NCBI RefSeq assembly: GCF_001194135.2
Contig: NC_068986.1
Coordinates: 24,415,663 to 24,479,662 of the forward strand
Length of the DNA: 64,000 nt
From: Octopus bimaculoides
Lineage: Eukaryota
Direction of reading: 5' to 3'
Below are positions 62,601 through 64,000 of the stretch, one piece after another. Positions within the stretch are counted from its first letter, which is position 1. Every line of letters starts with the position of its first letter. The notes under the pieces were generated by a model. That model saw nothing but the letters and a program-made list of their open reading frames with translations. It ran no database searches and was not told where the DNA came from. Made by a program: the position numbers and the translations under genes.

Positions 62601-64000
62601 TTGGAAATATAATCTTTCTCGTTTAATATGTCAAGAACACCAGAAGCAGCTTAAAACTCCATCATAGCTATAATATCTTTTGTTTATTTCAATATATGAA
62701 GTAAATCTTAATCGCACTGTTTAAACTGAATTAAATAGCTTCATTTCTTTATACTTAGTTACTAATATTCTCTGGAGCACCTCATGTTGTCGAGTTGATT
62801 ATTCGTTCGACTGTTGACAAGAATATCCAGTTTATATAACTATTGTTGGTTGTGTTTATAACCAAAATACTGGAGTCTCAATACATCCACTCTGTGCGAA
62901 GATATATCATTACGTTCTTGAGTGCAGACAATATTAAATCTACCTTTCATGTTTCGGTATCAATATGAAATATCTGTAAACTACTGAGGTCTATTGAATC
63001 GATTTTACTTCCACCAAAATGTGTGATACTGACCTGTATTTTTGTGAATTAATATTCTCCGTCCGCTTTGACTTAAACGGATATAACTTGGAGTTACATT
63101 CAATCATATAAGCAGTAAGAGTATTGCATAATCACCGAAAATATCTAAAATTCCATAACAATTTCCGAGAAATGATTTACTGCAGATGCAAAATATGAAG
63201 AATGTTTCTCTAGATAGTATCCTTAGGAACTGCATTACTCTATATATGCATAAAGAGAAATAACCAAACTGTAGTACTGTGTATACACCATATTTAAAGA
63301 TTATATGTAGGGTACATGAAATATGATTCATATGAATAATATAAGAGAAATTAAATTATGTATTACAACATTGCTCGTCTTTTCTTCTAGAAAATTAAAC
63401 CACAGAGATAAGCACTTGTGGACATTCAACCGCAGGACTTATACTTCGTTAAACGATAACTACTACCTATTATTTGAGAAAGCTATGTGTTGTTTAACCA
63501 TTTTGTTGCATGGTCCATTAAATACTACTCTTCAATTCAACACTTCAAAAATTAATTGAAATATCCCCCACTGCGCCGCGACGTACGTGGAAAAGTCATT
63601 TCGCTTTTCATCTAGGACGTTATGCTTTCGTAGCAAAGTAAAGATATAAATTTGGAGAGATCAAATATAAGCAAAAACAATTTAAATAGCCACCTAAAAG
63701 AAATAGAATAATGTTAAGGCATCCGTCTTTGAAGAATCATGTAAATATTATTCAAGCTTTTATAATAAATTTCCATGATGTTGAAACTTTAGAACATATA
63801 GAGAAATTTTTAAAATTCTGTTCTAAAGGTACATGAAATACTATCATTTGTGAAATAATTCAAAGAGATCTTATTCAACTTTAAGCAACAACTCAAGTGA
63901 AGAAAACTCATAACTTATTGCAATTTATATATACTCATATTGCAATTTATATATACATATACACACATACACACACGCACATACAAACACACACACACAT

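Overview
AT-rich, microsatellite-saturated, non-coding-looking eukaryotic DNA from a fragmented short-read assembly with 16 N-gaps, 15 of which abut a microsatellite. The repeat style suggests a coleoid cephalopod, probably Octopus; this is an inference, not something the sequence states. I find no intact protein-coding gene, rRNA, true tRNA gene or CRISPR array, and almost all ORFs in the track are microsatellite or N-run artefacts. The recognisable content is transposon debris: (1) three tRNA-derived SINE families, called A, B and C here, about 25 copies; family A carries an internal (TA)n/(TG)n tract and one family C copy has a perfect 14-bp target-site duplication (TSD); (2) Tc1/mariner remnants (two DD37D/maT-like, one DD34D mariner-like) and a possible hAT remnant; (3) at least five R4/Dong-clade restriction-endonuclease LINE fragments, several touching (TAA)n tracts; (4) a Penelope-like reverse transcriptase (RT) fragment plus several dispersed, decayed minimal hammerhead-ribozyme-like motifs next to microsatellites; (5) a decayed Ty3/gypsy gag/protease remnant whose domains appear in reversed order. 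The features most worth following up are the hammerhead-like short repeat family, a near-perfect 22-bp hairpin at 52.6 kb whose loop complements upstream sequence, the Dong-like tandem stack in (TAA)n at 37.9-38.4 kb, and a head-to-tail SINE array with reciprocal deletions at 23.9-24.3 kb. I see no strong evidence for a new protein-based system.
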